A stretch of DNA of 64,000 bases from Octopus vulgaris (Eukaryota), in contig OX597819.1 in NCBI GenBank assembly GCA_951406725.2, positions 41,850,001 through 41,914,000 on the forward strand. The letters run 5' to 3'. Under the pieces are notes generated by a model. It was not told the origin of the DNA. It made no database searches and was given only the letters and a program-made list of their open reading frames with translations. Both the position numbers and the translations under genes were made by a program. Positions 12,128 through 25,610 of the stretch are shown here, one piece after another (positions within the stretch are counted from its first letter, which is position 1; every line of letters begins with the position of its first letter).

Positions 12128-12501
12128 AAGAGAACTTTCCGTTTCGCGACCGTTGCCAGCACCGCCCCGTTTCATGTCCGTTGCCAGCCTCGCCTGGCAC
12201 ATAAAATGCACCATCCGTTCGTGGCCGTTTGCCAGCTCTGTCTGGCACCAGTGCGGGTGGCACGTAAAAAGCACCCACTACACTCACGGAGTGGTTGGCG
12301 TTAGGAAGGGCATCCAGCCGTAGAAACACTGCCAGATTTGACTGGGCCTGATGAAGCCTTCTGGCTTCACAGACCCCAGTAGAACCGTCCAACCCATGCT
12401 AGCATGGAAAACGGACGCTAAACGATGATGATGATGATGATGAATCTGTGAGAAACACTTACTCTATAATATTGAAAGAAAGTGGTGAAATATTTACTAA
12501 C

Positions 12502-12603
12502 CTTGCCAAAATTAATTGGAAACCGTTTTTCATCTTCTATTGCATGTGCAAAACCACTTTGGATACCAAAGTTAACACTGAAGAATGGGAATCCTTTGGG
12601 AAT
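12502..12603 (-). CDS. CWF19L2: CWF19L2 coding exon 17 ([34 protein letters not shown])
   Basis: CwfJ C-terminal region; AG/GT boundaries; phase 0. Confidence 0.93.
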
Positions 12604-13209
12604 CTACAAATAGAAACGAAATAGACTATTGGTTACTTTTTGGTGACTTTTCGGTTACATCATCGTCATCATTTAATATTCGCTGTCAAACTTTATTTAT
12701 TGATATACTGAAAGTGCATGTGTACGTGTGTGTATACTGTAATAAATGTAACTACACATGACTCATTGGCGATTTCTTCTTCTCCTCCTTTGGACTGTTT
12801 CCAACGAAGAGCTATGCTCAAAACAATAAACTCTCTCCTTTCACCAACTCTCAAGCTAATATATTTCTTGTGCACATCCTCATCTTCACGTTTGTTGTTT
12901 TTTTCCTTCTTTTTTTTCATTTTTATCTGTTCATATATATATATATGTCTGTATGAGTTAGAGGTTATGCAACCACCTAAGGGATAATAAATATCCAATA
13001 TACTACTGGGTGTATACCTACGTATTTATATCTAAGTGCTTACTATTGCTGGGCAGCACTGCAATTGAATACCAGGTATGTGTTGGGGTAAAACAGAAAT
13101 TTACCCAGAATTTATAAGGCAAATAAGAAAATGGAAAGGATTATCAATTGACAAACATCAGCCTGTGGACATTCATCTATATCTGTTTAATTGATTACAA
13201 TCATATCTC

Positions 13210-13403
13210 TTTTACTCTTTTTTACTTGTTTCAGTCATTTGACTGCAGCCATGCTGGAGCACCGCCTTTAGTCGAGCAAATCGACCCCAGGACCTATTCT
13301 TTGTAAGCCCAGTACTTATTCTATCGGTTTTTTTTGCCGAACTGCTAAGTGACGGGGACGTAAACACACCAGCATCGGTTGTCAAGCAATGCTAGGGGCA
13401 CAA

Positions 13404-13436
<33 letters not shown>

Positions 13437-13608
13437 CATATATACAACAGGCTTCTTTCAGTTTCCGTCTACCAAATCCACTCACAAGGCATTGGTCGGC
13501 CCGGGGCTATAGCAGAAGACACTTGCCCAAGATGCCACACAGTGGGACTGAACCCAGAACCATGTTGTTGGTTAGCAAGCTACTTACCACACAGCTACTC
13601 CTGCACCT
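13210..13608 (-). mobile_element. Composite tRNA-like-head SINE (same family as 37227-37675)
   Basis: Reverse complement matches 37227-37675. Confidence 0.85.
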
Positions 13609-13693
13609 GTGATCAATTAATAAATAGATATAAATGAATGTCTACAGGCTGATGATGTTTGTCAATTTATTATCCTCTCCATTTTTTTATTTG

Positions 13694-13739
<46 letters not shown>

Positions 13740-13994
13740 ATAAATCAAAGTTTGAGGAAAAGAGGTCAAAGAGAATTCATTAAAAGAAAAAGAAGAAAAC
13801 AAAAGAAAGAAGGAGAGTAGTTGGGCACCCCTGCCAAGTGACAGATGACCTTATGACATTCTTAATATAGTGTAGGCAACTGAGCAAGCAGGCAAGAGAG
13901 GAACCTCAATAAAAATGTAAAGAAATGCAAAAAATTAAAAAATGAAAAGAACCAGAAAATAAGAGAAACCCTCTGGAACTTCTGGAAGTCTCAC

Positions 13995-15343
13995 AGCCTC
14001 GTCAAGCCGTCACAATTCGGATTTATTCCTAACTCCAGCTGCTGTAATCAACTCATCGAGTTTCTTGAGGATGTTACCAAATCACTGATCGCGGATCCTG
14101 GGTGGATGTTGTTTACCTGGACTTTGCTAAGGCTTTTAACTCTGTGCCACACAAAAGACTTATGGTGAAGCTTTCTGCGTTAGGTGTAAGACACGAACTA
14201 TATAACTGGTTAAAGTCCTTTATTTTCAGCTGAAAAGAGGTTGTCACAGTTCTAGGACAGCACTCTTCGCCCTATGAGATGACATCTGGTGTACCACAGG
14301 GATCTGTTCTTGGCCCCCTTTTATTTGTTGCATATGTTAATGACATAGATGCCAACTTAAAGAATGCCACAGTGCTGAAATATGCAGATGACATCAAGCT
14401 GTACCTCGAAATAAAGAGGTAAAATCCTGTACACTATAGATCTCTATTGCAAGCAGACCTGGACACAATGCAGCAGTGGATCATGGACTGGCAACTCAAG
14501 CTGGCTGTGGACAAATGTACCACCATGCATTTTGGGAGGAGAAACCCAGCGTCCACCTACTCCCTCCACAACACTAATCTCAAAAAGTCTTCATGTGAAC
14601 GTGACCTGGGTGTTAATGTCGACAGTGATTTGCGTTGGACAAAACACATCGTTAAAATTGTCAAGAAGGCTGAGGGTGTCTTGGCATCACTCACCAAATC
14701 CTTTGTGAGCCGCTCTCCGGCTATCTATCTGCGACTTTATATAGCTATGGTAAGACCTCACCTGGAATTTGCATCACCGGTCTGGAACCCCTATCTTGCC
14801 CAGGACATCAATCGTCTGGAAGCTGTTCAGCGACGTGCAACCAAAAGAATACCCTCCATCAGGCATTTGCCATATCCTGAATGCCTTACTTCCCTGGGCA
14901 TGGACACATTGAAACTCCGACGTCTGGCAGCTGACTTGGCAGACACCCATAAAATTATCAACCATCGCACAAACAATAACTCTGAGCACCTCTTCAAACT
15001 CCACCCATCTAACACCCGTGGACATATTTACAAAGTAAGAAAACAGCACAGCTCCCATGACTTCAGGAAACATTTTTTCACGCTGAGAGTTGCTGAAGCA
15101 TGGAACAAACTGCCGGCATCGGTTGTTAGTTGTCGGAGCACTGCATCCTTCAAAACTTCCATGCTTCCTGAGATTCGCCAACACTACATTTGATTTTCTC
15201 CCCTCCATACACACACAAGCATGTATCTGACTCATACATTGTTCGCTTTCCAGACATTTCTACATTACTGCATGTACTTTATATGCACTTTCTGACAAGT
15301 TGTGGTGCACCTGAGCACTATACAATAATTTCATTATTATTAT
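13995..15343 (+). mobile_element. 5'-truncated CR1-type LINE (RT to 3' UTR) with stop codons
   Basis: QFGF, VYLDFAKAF, SGVPQGSVLGPLLF, KYADDIKL, ERDLGV, VRPHLEF, WNKLP; (ATT)n tail. Confidence 0.92.
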
Positions 15344-16209
15344 TTAGAATATGAAGATAAAATGAAGAAGACAAAAAAAGGTGAATTAGAAAATGCATAA
15401 GGAGGGATTATAAAAGGGTTGTGTAGCTATGAATGGAAATATAGAGACTTTAAGGTATCATAAGAATAAAGTATATTGTAATTTTAATGGACTCAGTTTA
15501 TACATGTAAGCAAATGAAGAAAGATATATAAAACACAAAAGTATTAGGTCACAATTCAGGTTAATTATTATCTAAGACAAGTGGAGAGCATACAAGTAAT
15601 ATCTAAACATTTTGAAAATTTGATGTTTGTAGAATGCATTGCACCATACTGTTTCTTAAGAAGTTTTTGTATTCTCACATAATATTTCCAGAGGTTCTCA
15701 TCACACTATTTATGCATTTTATGTGCCCACTTTGATAAGGTTTTCCAGTCCCAATAATGGACCAGATAATATCACAGGAAGTTGTGGTCATGGATATTAT
15801 TTGCTAATGAGGTGGAAGATTTCTGGATGATATAAGAAAATGAACAAACATGAGATAAGTATCATTTCTTGCATTCGATGTATAGTTTTATCGAATTTTG
15901 GTGCCCTGTATAAACAGTGCATCTATAAATGACATAATATTGCAGGCAATAACCCGAAGGGGTCATTGTTGGGTATTCTACAATTACAATTTTTCATGTC
16001 ATTGTGGGAGTGATAATTAGAGACATACTGATTATCAACAGTAATAATCTTTTTGAGCCTTGTGTTAAGGGATGTAAAATATTTCATCAGAGAAACCACA
16101 AGTGAGCAGGGGCATGATTATTGAAGACTGAAACTAATGAAAGAGTAAAGAGATCTTTAATAAATAGTGTGATGAGAACCTTATTTTTTAACTACAAAAA
16201 CAGAATTAC

Positions 16210-16290
16210 CGATCGCCGTATGTCTTTTTTGGTCAGATCCACCAATTTTTTGTTCATATTCCATTCAGTCTCACACTCAAGAATTGCTTT
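16210..16290 (-). CDS. CWF19L2: CWF19L2 coding exon 16 ([27 protein letters not shown])
   Basis: Resembles the vertebrate KAIMESDEEWSMNKKL segment as recalled; AG/GT boundaries. Confidence 0.93.
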
Positions 16291-16691
16291 CTGCAATCAA
16301 AAGAAAACGGAAAGGGAGAAAAGAATAAGACAAATAGACAACAAGAATGAATAAAGAAATGACAGCTGTGTTATTGTTATTCATAAGTAAATATAATTTT
16401 CACTATCTTCATAGGCACAGGCATATGTGATTTTTGTCCCATTATCCTGATGAGATTCTTACCCAAAAATATTTCCATAATATGAATTTTATAAATTTGT
16501 TGTTGGTTTTTGGGTTTGAATCGAAACAGTTGTCGGGATTGCATTTATATTTATTTTTATATTATTGTAATAATATAATATGTTAATAAATTAACATATG
16601 TCAATATGAACTGTCTATTTTCCTTTTATTATATATATAATATATTTATATATGTATCTATATATTTATATATACATACATATATATATAT

Positions 16692-17218
16692 ATATAAATT
16701 AAATTAGAGATAAAACCACTATTAGGCAACTCAAACCGTGATAAACATAAACCAAAACATAAAAAACAAAAAATAAATATAATTATTATAATACACAAAA
16801 TACATATAAAATATAAAATTTAAATTATTGAAATTTGAAATTTTTAAATTTATATTTATAAATTTTTATATTTTCATATTTTAATTTTAAATTTATAAAT
16901 TTTTAAACTTTTAAACTATTTTTTACTTATTATATTATATTAAACTTTTTAATACTTTTTGGTTAGTTTAAAAAAAAAGGTTAATAGTTTAAAAGTTTAA
17001 AAACTTATAAATTTAAAATTAAAATATAGAACTATAAAAATTTATAAATATAAATTAAAAAATTTCAAATTTCAATAATTTAAATTTTAAATTTTATATT
17101 TAATATATATATTATATATTATATTAATTATATTTATTTTTCGTTTTTTATGTTTTGGTTTATGTCTATCTCTGTTTGAGTTGCCTAATAGTGGTTTTAT
17201 CTCTAATTTAATTTATAT
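16692..17218. repeat. ~530-bp AT-rich foldback (arms ~230 bp, spacer ~60 nt)
   Basis: aattagagataaaaccactattaggcaactcaaac ... gtttgagttgcctaatagtggttttatctctaatt. Confidence 0.9.
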
Positions 17219-17461
17219 TTATACTGTGAAATTTGATTTAATCCTAAATCTAAATTTTTCCCTGTAAGTTTGGATATACTCCCTAATATTATTATTATTA
17301 TATATATATATGCAGGGGGATTGATATCATGATTAAAAAGCAAACTTCTTAACCGCAAAGTCATATATCAACACTAGACTGTTAGTGCTAGGGTTTTTAA
17401 AAATATATTGAGAAAGTTAAAAAATGGGAATAATGAATAATGCTATTTATTGTTAACTCAC

Positions 17462-17617
17462 CTTGAAATACATTGGGGCCATAGCACCTTCTTCATCGTC
17501 TACAGGAACACACTCAATATGAGCATGAGGAAAGCGGTTTAAGTGCATACTCGTCTCCAGAAATATTGAATCTTTGTTTAGTCCTTGGAACATTCTTACT
17601 AAAACCTTCTTGAATGT
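17462..17617 (-). CDS. CWF19L2: CWF19L2 coding exon 15 (TFKKVLVRMF...HAHIECVP...APMYFK)
   Basis: CwfJ HIT-like region; AG/GT boundaries; 52 codons. Confidence 0.95.
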
Positions 17618-18239
17618 CTGCAAGTAGGACAAACAAAAGTCAGTTAATAACATTGATTTGCTAAATGTTAAAGACAAGTTCAATCATATATCTCCATCAT
17701 CATTTTAATGTCCACTTTTCCATACTTGCATGGGTCAGATGGAATTTACTGATGCATATATTTCTATGGCCAGACACCTTCCCTGTCGCCAACCCTCACA
17801 TGTTTCCAAGTAAGGTAATTTCGTCACAGAATATTGCAAATGAATGACACCGCTTGTATGAGAGTGACACTCATTTACAATTATCATGTGATGTCAGGAC
17901 AAGGACACACACACACACATACATAAATAAATACATAAACCATGATGTCCAAGCTGCACACTGATTGGTTAAAAGATTGTTCATAAGATTCCGCCTGCTG
18001 GACTCTATCATTATCATCATTATTTAATGTTCGTTTTCCATGCAGGACTGTTTGACAGGAGCTGTCCAGACTTTGATTGTCTGTTGTGGTATGGTTTCTA
18101 CAGCTGGATGCCCTTCCTAATGCCAACCACTTTACAGAATTTGTTGGGTTCTTTTTACATGCCATCAGCATGGGGGCAATAATGCAGCACCAGCAAGTGT
18201 GCATTTTATGTGGCTTCTTTCAGTTTCTACCTACCAAAT

Positions 18240-19005
18240 CATTAAAGCAGAGAACAGTCTCTCTGTAAAGGGCCTGTACAGCCCTTATTAACCATTTGTC
18301 AATCTCCAGTTTCTGCATCGCCCACCAGATAAGGGATCGGGGAACCTGTCGAAGGCTTTCTCCAAGTGCACAAAAGCTAAGTAAAGGGGTTTATCTTTGG
18401 CTAGGTATTTCTCCAGCAGTTGTCAAACCAGGAATATGGCATCAGTGGTGCTTCTGCCCAGCACAAAACCAAACTGCATCTCATCTATGCAGACTCTCTC
18501 CCTGATGAGATGGGCTATGACCCTCTCCATGACCTTCATTACCTGATCCAGCAGTTTGATACCCCTGTAGTTATTTCTATCTAGAACATCCCCTTTACCC
18601 TTGTAGCAGTTGACTATGGTGCTGCTACGCCAGTCGTTGGATATGACTCCATCATGAACTACCTGGTTTACAATGCAGGTGACTAGGCCGTAGCCCACAC
18701 CACCAGATGTTTTAAGCATCTCAGCAGTGATTCCTGATGGGCCGGGGGCTTTTCCTGGCTTCATACCCTTAATTGCTTTGTGTACTAGGGAGCTATCTAT
18801 ACAGATAGCTGGTCCCTCTACTGGGTCAACACTTGGCAGGCTTTCCTCTTCCCATTCATTCTCTACATTCAGTAGTCTTTCATAATGGCTTCTCCAAGCC
18901 TCTTTCTTTTCAGAATCACTAAAAGCTAGTGCAACATCATCCATTCGAACACATTTCTCTCCTGTGACATCACAATTTGCTCTCACACACTGTCTTGCAA
19001 TCTGA
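18240..19005 (-). mobile_element. Degenerate RTE internal fragment
   Basis: ORF 18423-18986 is homologous to the intact RTE (GKAPGPSGI, NYRGIKLLD, QFGF). Confidence 0.92.
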
Positions 19006-19817
19006 TATATATATATATATCATATATGTGTGTGTGTGTGTATACATATATATACATCAGAATTGACAAGGAGTTTAATCTTCTCAAAATCATGTGCAAA
19101 ATCAAGTTTTTTTTTGTTTGTTTTTTTATCATTATTTGAAGCCAGTACAGAGACAAAATCTTTCAACAAGAACTTCTGCTTAGAAAGGATCAGCATCTTA
19201 TCCAAGAAGAGATTTATTTCCCATCAAATTAAAACTACGCCAGAAGGAGATCAACACTGATCCCTGTGGATTCTAGTAAAACTTTGGAAAAGAATTAACT
19301 GAAAATGAAAATACAGCAGTGTAAAATATATGAATCAAAACTGTGGGGTGTATACAGGAGAGGCTTACAACACAATAGTAAAATATAACACAAAGTATTA
19401 GAAGATTAAAAAAGATTAAGGTTAGTCTATTTGAAGAGAAAGACCACACATAAGTAATGTTCACTACAAAAATAAGAAGGAGAAAATATTAAGCAGACAA
19501 GTCAACATTACACTGAGAATAATATTAAGGTTATTTCGAAATGCAGAGTACAGTGATTTTTAAAATGGGGCGGTACTGCCCCCAATGAAGGAGGAGATTA
19601 CCTGAGGGGATGGTAGGGTGTGCCAAGGTAAGAAACAGTATGTATCAGAAAGAGAATAATAGCTAAGTACTATCCTTTACTGACAATTGTAGCCCCAGTA
19701 GATTTGGAAACACACAGAGGGTGACTGAGGGCATATAGATTGATACACCTTGTAAATTTCTATAGCAATGTACCTAGCTAACCAAACTTAATTGGATTAT
19801 GTATAACTTGTTAATTA

Positions 19818-19862
<45 letters not shown>

Positions 19863-22800
19863 ATTTATTTTATTTTGTAACTGTTTCTGAGAGTGCAGGT
19901 TTACTCTGAATAATATAGCTGAATAAATTAAGAGTAACAAGAACTAGTGATAAGTTTAGGGCAGTAAGTTGAAAATGTTTGATCAGTATTGTCCTAATAA
20001 TGTATTTATGTAACTGTAGAAACAATAAACAAGAAATCTTTGAGTCAGGGAGGGAGCTACAATCTAGTAAGACAAATCATCAACTAGAAACAATAGCCAA
20101 TCTACCTTAAATCATGTCCTAACATCTTAAAACAAAAGAAGGTCCTATTAGATAATTTAATTTCAAATACAGTATGTCTGGAAAAAAAAGCAAGATAGTC
20201 ATAGATGGAATGGCTTACTCAGTCAGAACTGACCAAGGGCTAAACAAAAACAATAACCATTATTGATATCTACAAGGGAATCTCTATATGGTCAGTCAAT
20301 TTGCTAGAAATAGCAACCAAATCTTCTTCAAAATACACATCTACAGTTTTAAAAAAACAGAAATGACATTAGGCACTATAATAACATTAGTTACTTCAAA
20401 AAGGGCATGATGGTCATGGATAGAATACTTTTGATCATAGATGGGCCTGCTCAGCTATAACTTGGAGCTGAGTATTGTCATCATCATCATTTTAACATCT
20501 GTTTTTCCATTCTTGCTTGGATCAGACATAATTCATTGAGGCACTTTCTCTATAGCTGGATGTCCTTCCTATCATTAATCCTTACCTGTTTCCTAATAAC
20601 ATAATTCCTCTAGTCCAGACATTTTTCGTGGAAACAAATGAAACTACCTAGGTGATGGTGACACTTGCTTTCAACTATCACATAATGTTCCAACAAGGAG
20701 ACACACACACACACTTCCTCCAATGCCCTACCCCTACCATAAATTCCTTGTCTTGCAAGTTATTTGGTGACCCTGCTGGTGCTGGTGTCATGTAAAAAAC
20801 ATCCTGTCCACATTGTGAAGTGGTTGGTATTTGGAAGGACATTCAGCTGTAAAAAACCTTGCCAAAACTGACCTCACTTGTGCTGGTGCCATGTAAAAAG
20901 CACTCAGTCCATTCAACAGGGTGGTTGGTATTAGAAAGGGCATCCAGCCATAAAAACCATGCCAAAACAGACACAGAAGCATGGTGTAGTCTTCTGCCTG
21001 GCTGGCTCCTGTCAAACCATCCAACCCATGCCAGCATGGAAGGTAGATGTTAAATGATAATGATGATGATGATATATACATGCATACACACATACATATG
21101 ATGGACTCTCCCATTGGTTTCAACGCATGAGGATCCAACAACCTACACTTTCTTTGTCAGTCATAATGCTTATGTCAAATGTGACATTTGAGTTCTGCCA
21201 ACGATTTGCAAAGCCCACATATGTAGCAAGTATGATTATTGCAGGTCCCTGCAGACTATATTGCAGCTGTTTTTCTCTTTTGCCTTGCACCCCTGAGCCA
21301 GTTAATGACAGGTTTCTTTTCAGTTTCCAACTACCAAATCCATTCACAAGGCTTTGGTCGGCCTGAGGCTATAGTAGAAGACACTTGTCCAAGGTGCCAC
21401 ACAGTGGGAATGAACCTGAAACCATGAGTTTGGGAAGCAAACTTCTGAACCACACAACCAAACCTGCACCGAACATGTGATTATGAAAAGATTAAAAAAA
21501 TAAAACAAGCTAGTAAGACTGCTTCGAGGTTTATTGCTCAACTGATTCAAAATATGACAGCAAAACCTTCATGAAAGACTGGTCTGCAGCCTCCTCTATA
21601 TGCAAGAAGACATTATAATTTCTTAGTAGAAATCTGAGAGGAGGGGCGCAATCGTTTATATCAACCTTGGTACTTAACCGGAACTTGCCTCCATACTTTC
21701 AGAGGGTAAAGTTGGCCTCAACAAGATTTGAACTCGGTGGGGACCACCACCACCACCGCCACCGCTGCCACCAGCTGCTGCAGCAGAAAAATATGAGGAT
21801 ATGAATTCCCTTGAAAGAGCTAGCCTGCTAATCCTCAAGGAACCATAACAAGAAGCATGATACTCTCCTAGGCAAAAGAGGTACAACCTGTTTAAGCACG
21901 CACATGGAAAGTTGTTAGGTGATGATGATATGAAATTAAGAAGGGACAATTACAAGCACTACCAAGATATGTCAAATGGAGATGCATTTTTTTTCATCAT
22001 TTTTACTATTGCTGTGTGGTTGCTAATCCCATGTGACCATTATTTCTATCATCATCATCATCATCATCATCATCCATCCATTATTCCTCATCACCATCAT
22101 CATTTTTGATATGTCCCACATTATGACAATGTATTTTGTCGTCTGTGTGACTGGCCTGTACGGCGTACCTCGCCAACTGACACTACTTGCTGTGTCTGTC
22201 CACTATTTATTAGTAGTGGACCAGCCCACTTCTCACTTGGGGGTGTCCGCCACAACAATTTTTAACATGCTCATTATTATTGTCATTATCCTCATTCATT
22301 ATCATCTTCATTCATCATCATTTTCAACATTACCACCACCACCATCAGCATCATTTTAACAACCACTTTTCTACAGCTTGATGCCCTTCTTGCTTCCAAG
22401 CAAGGTAATATTTCCCATGGCTAAACATGTCTTTTGCAGAAGACTGGAAACAAATTACACCACCTGTATAATGGTGACTCTAATTTACAACTATGATGTG
22501 ATGTCAAGATGAGACACAATCACACACATACACACGTATATATCATCGTCATCATCATTTAACGTCCGTGTTCCATGCTAGCATGGGTGGGACAGTACCA
22601 CAAGAGCCGGCCAGGTCAAAGCCTACACCAGACTTCTGTGACTGTTTTGGCAGGATTTTTACAGCTGGATGCTCTTCCTAACATCAACCACTCAGCTAAG
22701 TGGATTTAGTGCTTTTTATGTGGCACAAGCACGAGCAAGGTAAGTTTTGGAAAGGTTTTTATAGTTGGGTGCCCTTCCAAACACCAACCACTTTACAGTG

Positions 22801-25019
22801 TGTACTGGGTGCTTTTGAGTAGCAGCTGCACTGACAGGGTCACCAAGTACTTACAAGACAAACACTTTTAAGAGGGGAGGAGGCATTGGAGGAGGTGATG
22901 ATGAAAGGTTATAGTGAGACAGATACTGGTGTCTTGCCGAAGAGGAAGTACAAGGTTACTCGTCCAGAGAGAGAAAGATCAGGAACAAAGACAGAAAACA
23001 GGTGTGCTACTGCAAAGAATATACACAGTTGCCCAACCTGAGCGAAGTGCAGGGGAGAGAGAGAGAGAGAGACTGCAAGATGGTTATGGTGGCAAAATGC
23101 CGGGCAAACTCACAAGGAACAGGGATCAGAGTATAAATGAGATGGTTGAGTAAAGGAAGAGAGAGAACCCTTGAGGTTCAAATGCCATAATATAAATGAC
23201 AGGATATTGCAAAGAGAGTGCGATTAAAGAGTGCAAGTAAGTGGTGAAAGACCTGGGTATATATATAGAGTTGGAGGGGCTACTGGATAGCAATGATACA
23301 GAAGAACAGAAGTGTGAGGACAGGACTGGGAAGTGAGGAGCTAGGCCAGGAGTGAGAGCTAAGCATAATGAATGAAGGAGGAAATGCGAGAAAGAGATGT
23401 AAATTGGTTTGCTGAGGTAGAGTGAGGGAAAAGTTTCTTTGTTACATGTGGGTGAAACACCCAGGTCGGGGGCCAGCAGAAGGCAATAATAGAGTAATAC
23501 AAGGCATGTGGGTAGAATGCACAGGTCAGGGGCAAGCAGAGAGCAATTTCTTAATCATAAATCCTATGCCTGTGTCTATCAAGTATAAACTGTTAATTCT
23601 CCAGTTTATTCTAATCACCACAATGAAGGCCATACTGGAGCAGTGCCTTCTAAGAACTCTAGCTCCCCAAAGTCAAGTTATGCAAGGCCAGGAGAATTAA
23701 TCTATATGAAAGTGGAAGGTATATAGGAATACCTATTCATGCATGCAAGAGTTTGATAACTATATGTATATATATAAGTATACAATGGGCTTCTTTCAGT
23801 TTCCGTCTGCCAAATCCACTCACAGAGCTATAGTAGAAGATACTTACCCAAGGTGTCACACAGTGAGACTGAACCTGAAACTACATGGTTGGGAAGGAAA
23901 CTTCTTAACCACACAGCTATGCCTTCAGCATCATAGTTATGAATATATATTTTTTTTAAACTATTCATTAACCAATACCTTGTGAAAGGAATTTGGTAGG
24001 GAGAAACTACGTAGAAATCAATGTGTGTGTGTGTGTAAACTAGTGTGTTTAGATGCATCCTTTTACTTGAAAAAAAGATAGCTTAACCAACATCACCATC
24101 ACTATCAACATCATCATCATTTAATGTTTGTTTTCCAAGCTGACATGGGTTGGACAGCTTCATAGGAGCTGGCAAGCCAGAGGACTACACCGAGTTCCAC
24201 TCTGTTTTGGCATGGGTTTTTTTACAGCTGGATACCCTTCCTAACACCAACCACTTTACAGATTAGACTGAATACTTTTCATGTGGTACCAGCACTGGCA
24301 AGGTCTGTTTTGGCATGGCTTTTACAGCTGGATAACCATTCAATTGAGAAAAAAAATCAATAATATAGGTACAACAACGATGACACTGCTTTATGCCAGG
24401 TGAGGAGATATTAAAGTATGATCGGGGATCAGGAACAGGCATCTTGTCGTCGGAGAGATACAATGATTACCCCAGTTGGAAGAGAAGGAGGGACGGTGAT
24501 GAGCATGTGTTAGAATATACCCTCAAGTTACAAGGTGAATAAAGAGGAGTAAGTTCATGGGAGTGTGCGAGGTGAGTGACAGATGGATAGAGAGAGATGA
24601 AGTGAGTGGAAAACATGGGTGGAAGCAAGGTCAATAGTTAATATGCTGGAGGGGAAGGTGGAGGAAGTAAGAATGGATCAGGTAGGTATAGGTGGCAGCA
24701 AGATGGTGTGAAGTGCAGTGGCAGGGGATGCACAGTACAGATGGCAAAGTCAGAAATAAATACAGGAATAAATACAGGATTAACTACAAAAACTCTTGAT
24801 GGCAATGCCCAAGCCCAGTCATAGTCCAATGACTGAAAGCAGTAAAAGAGAATAAAAAAGTGTGTATATATATATATATATATCATCATCATCATCATCA
24901 TCAATTAATGTCCATTTTCCATGCTGGCATGAGTTGGACGGTTTGATTGAGGTCTGGAGAGCCAGCGGCTGCACCAGGCTCCAATCTGATCTGGCAGAGT
25001 TTCTACAGATAGGGAGTGG

Positions 25020-25610
25020 CACTTCCTCACACAGCTGTCTTCATTCATATGTAACACATGACTATATCAGCACAGATGCCTCTCTTGCACACCACATCTG
25101 ATGCTTCTTATGCCCAACTTTTCTCTCAGGGCGTTTACACTCTGTCATGTATGCACACTAACATTACACATCTAGCAGATCATACTAGCTTCATTTCTTT
25201 CAAGCCTACGCATGTCCTCAGCATTCATGGCCCATGTTTCACTGCCATGTAGCATGGCAGTTCGCACACATGCATCATACAGTCTACCTTTCACCCTAAG
25301 CAAGAGGCTCTTAGTTACCAGCAGAGGTAGGAGCTCCCTGAACTTTGCCCAAGCTATTCTTACTCTAATCACTACAATCTCAAAGCAACCGCCCCCACTA
25401 CAGACTTTGTCACCTAGGTAGCAGGAGCTATAAACTACTTCTAGTTTCTTCCCCTGGCATGTGATAGAATCTGTTTCCTGTACATCTTCAGTGTTTATTG
25501 CCCCAGTGCATCTGCCACACACAAAAACTATTTTCCTGGTTAACCTTCCTTTGATATTGTTGTACCTTTTATGTGACCATAGCTTACACCAAGTACATCA
25601 TATGGAGTTT
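25020..25610 (-). mobile_element. Degenerate RTE fragment (PHD region to C-terminus)
   Basis: CGRCTG...YLGD...RIAWAKFRELLPLL. Confidence 0.9.

Larger units (their letters stand above)
7783..12443 (+). mobile_element. Near full-length RTE-clade LINE, antisense to the host gene
   Basis: APE endonuclease motifs (GTLNVGT, MQE, SAYAP, GDFNGH, SQIDYIL) and RT motifs (QFGF, DMEKAFD, QGSVLSP, YADD, YLG); RTE C-terminus (RLRWYGHV, GRGRPRKTW); (GAT)n tail. Confidence 0.95.

Noticed and set aside
7760-12460. Target-site duplication for the full-length RTE
   Set aside because: Left flank is (TA)n and right flank is aatctgtgag; no convincing duplication seen
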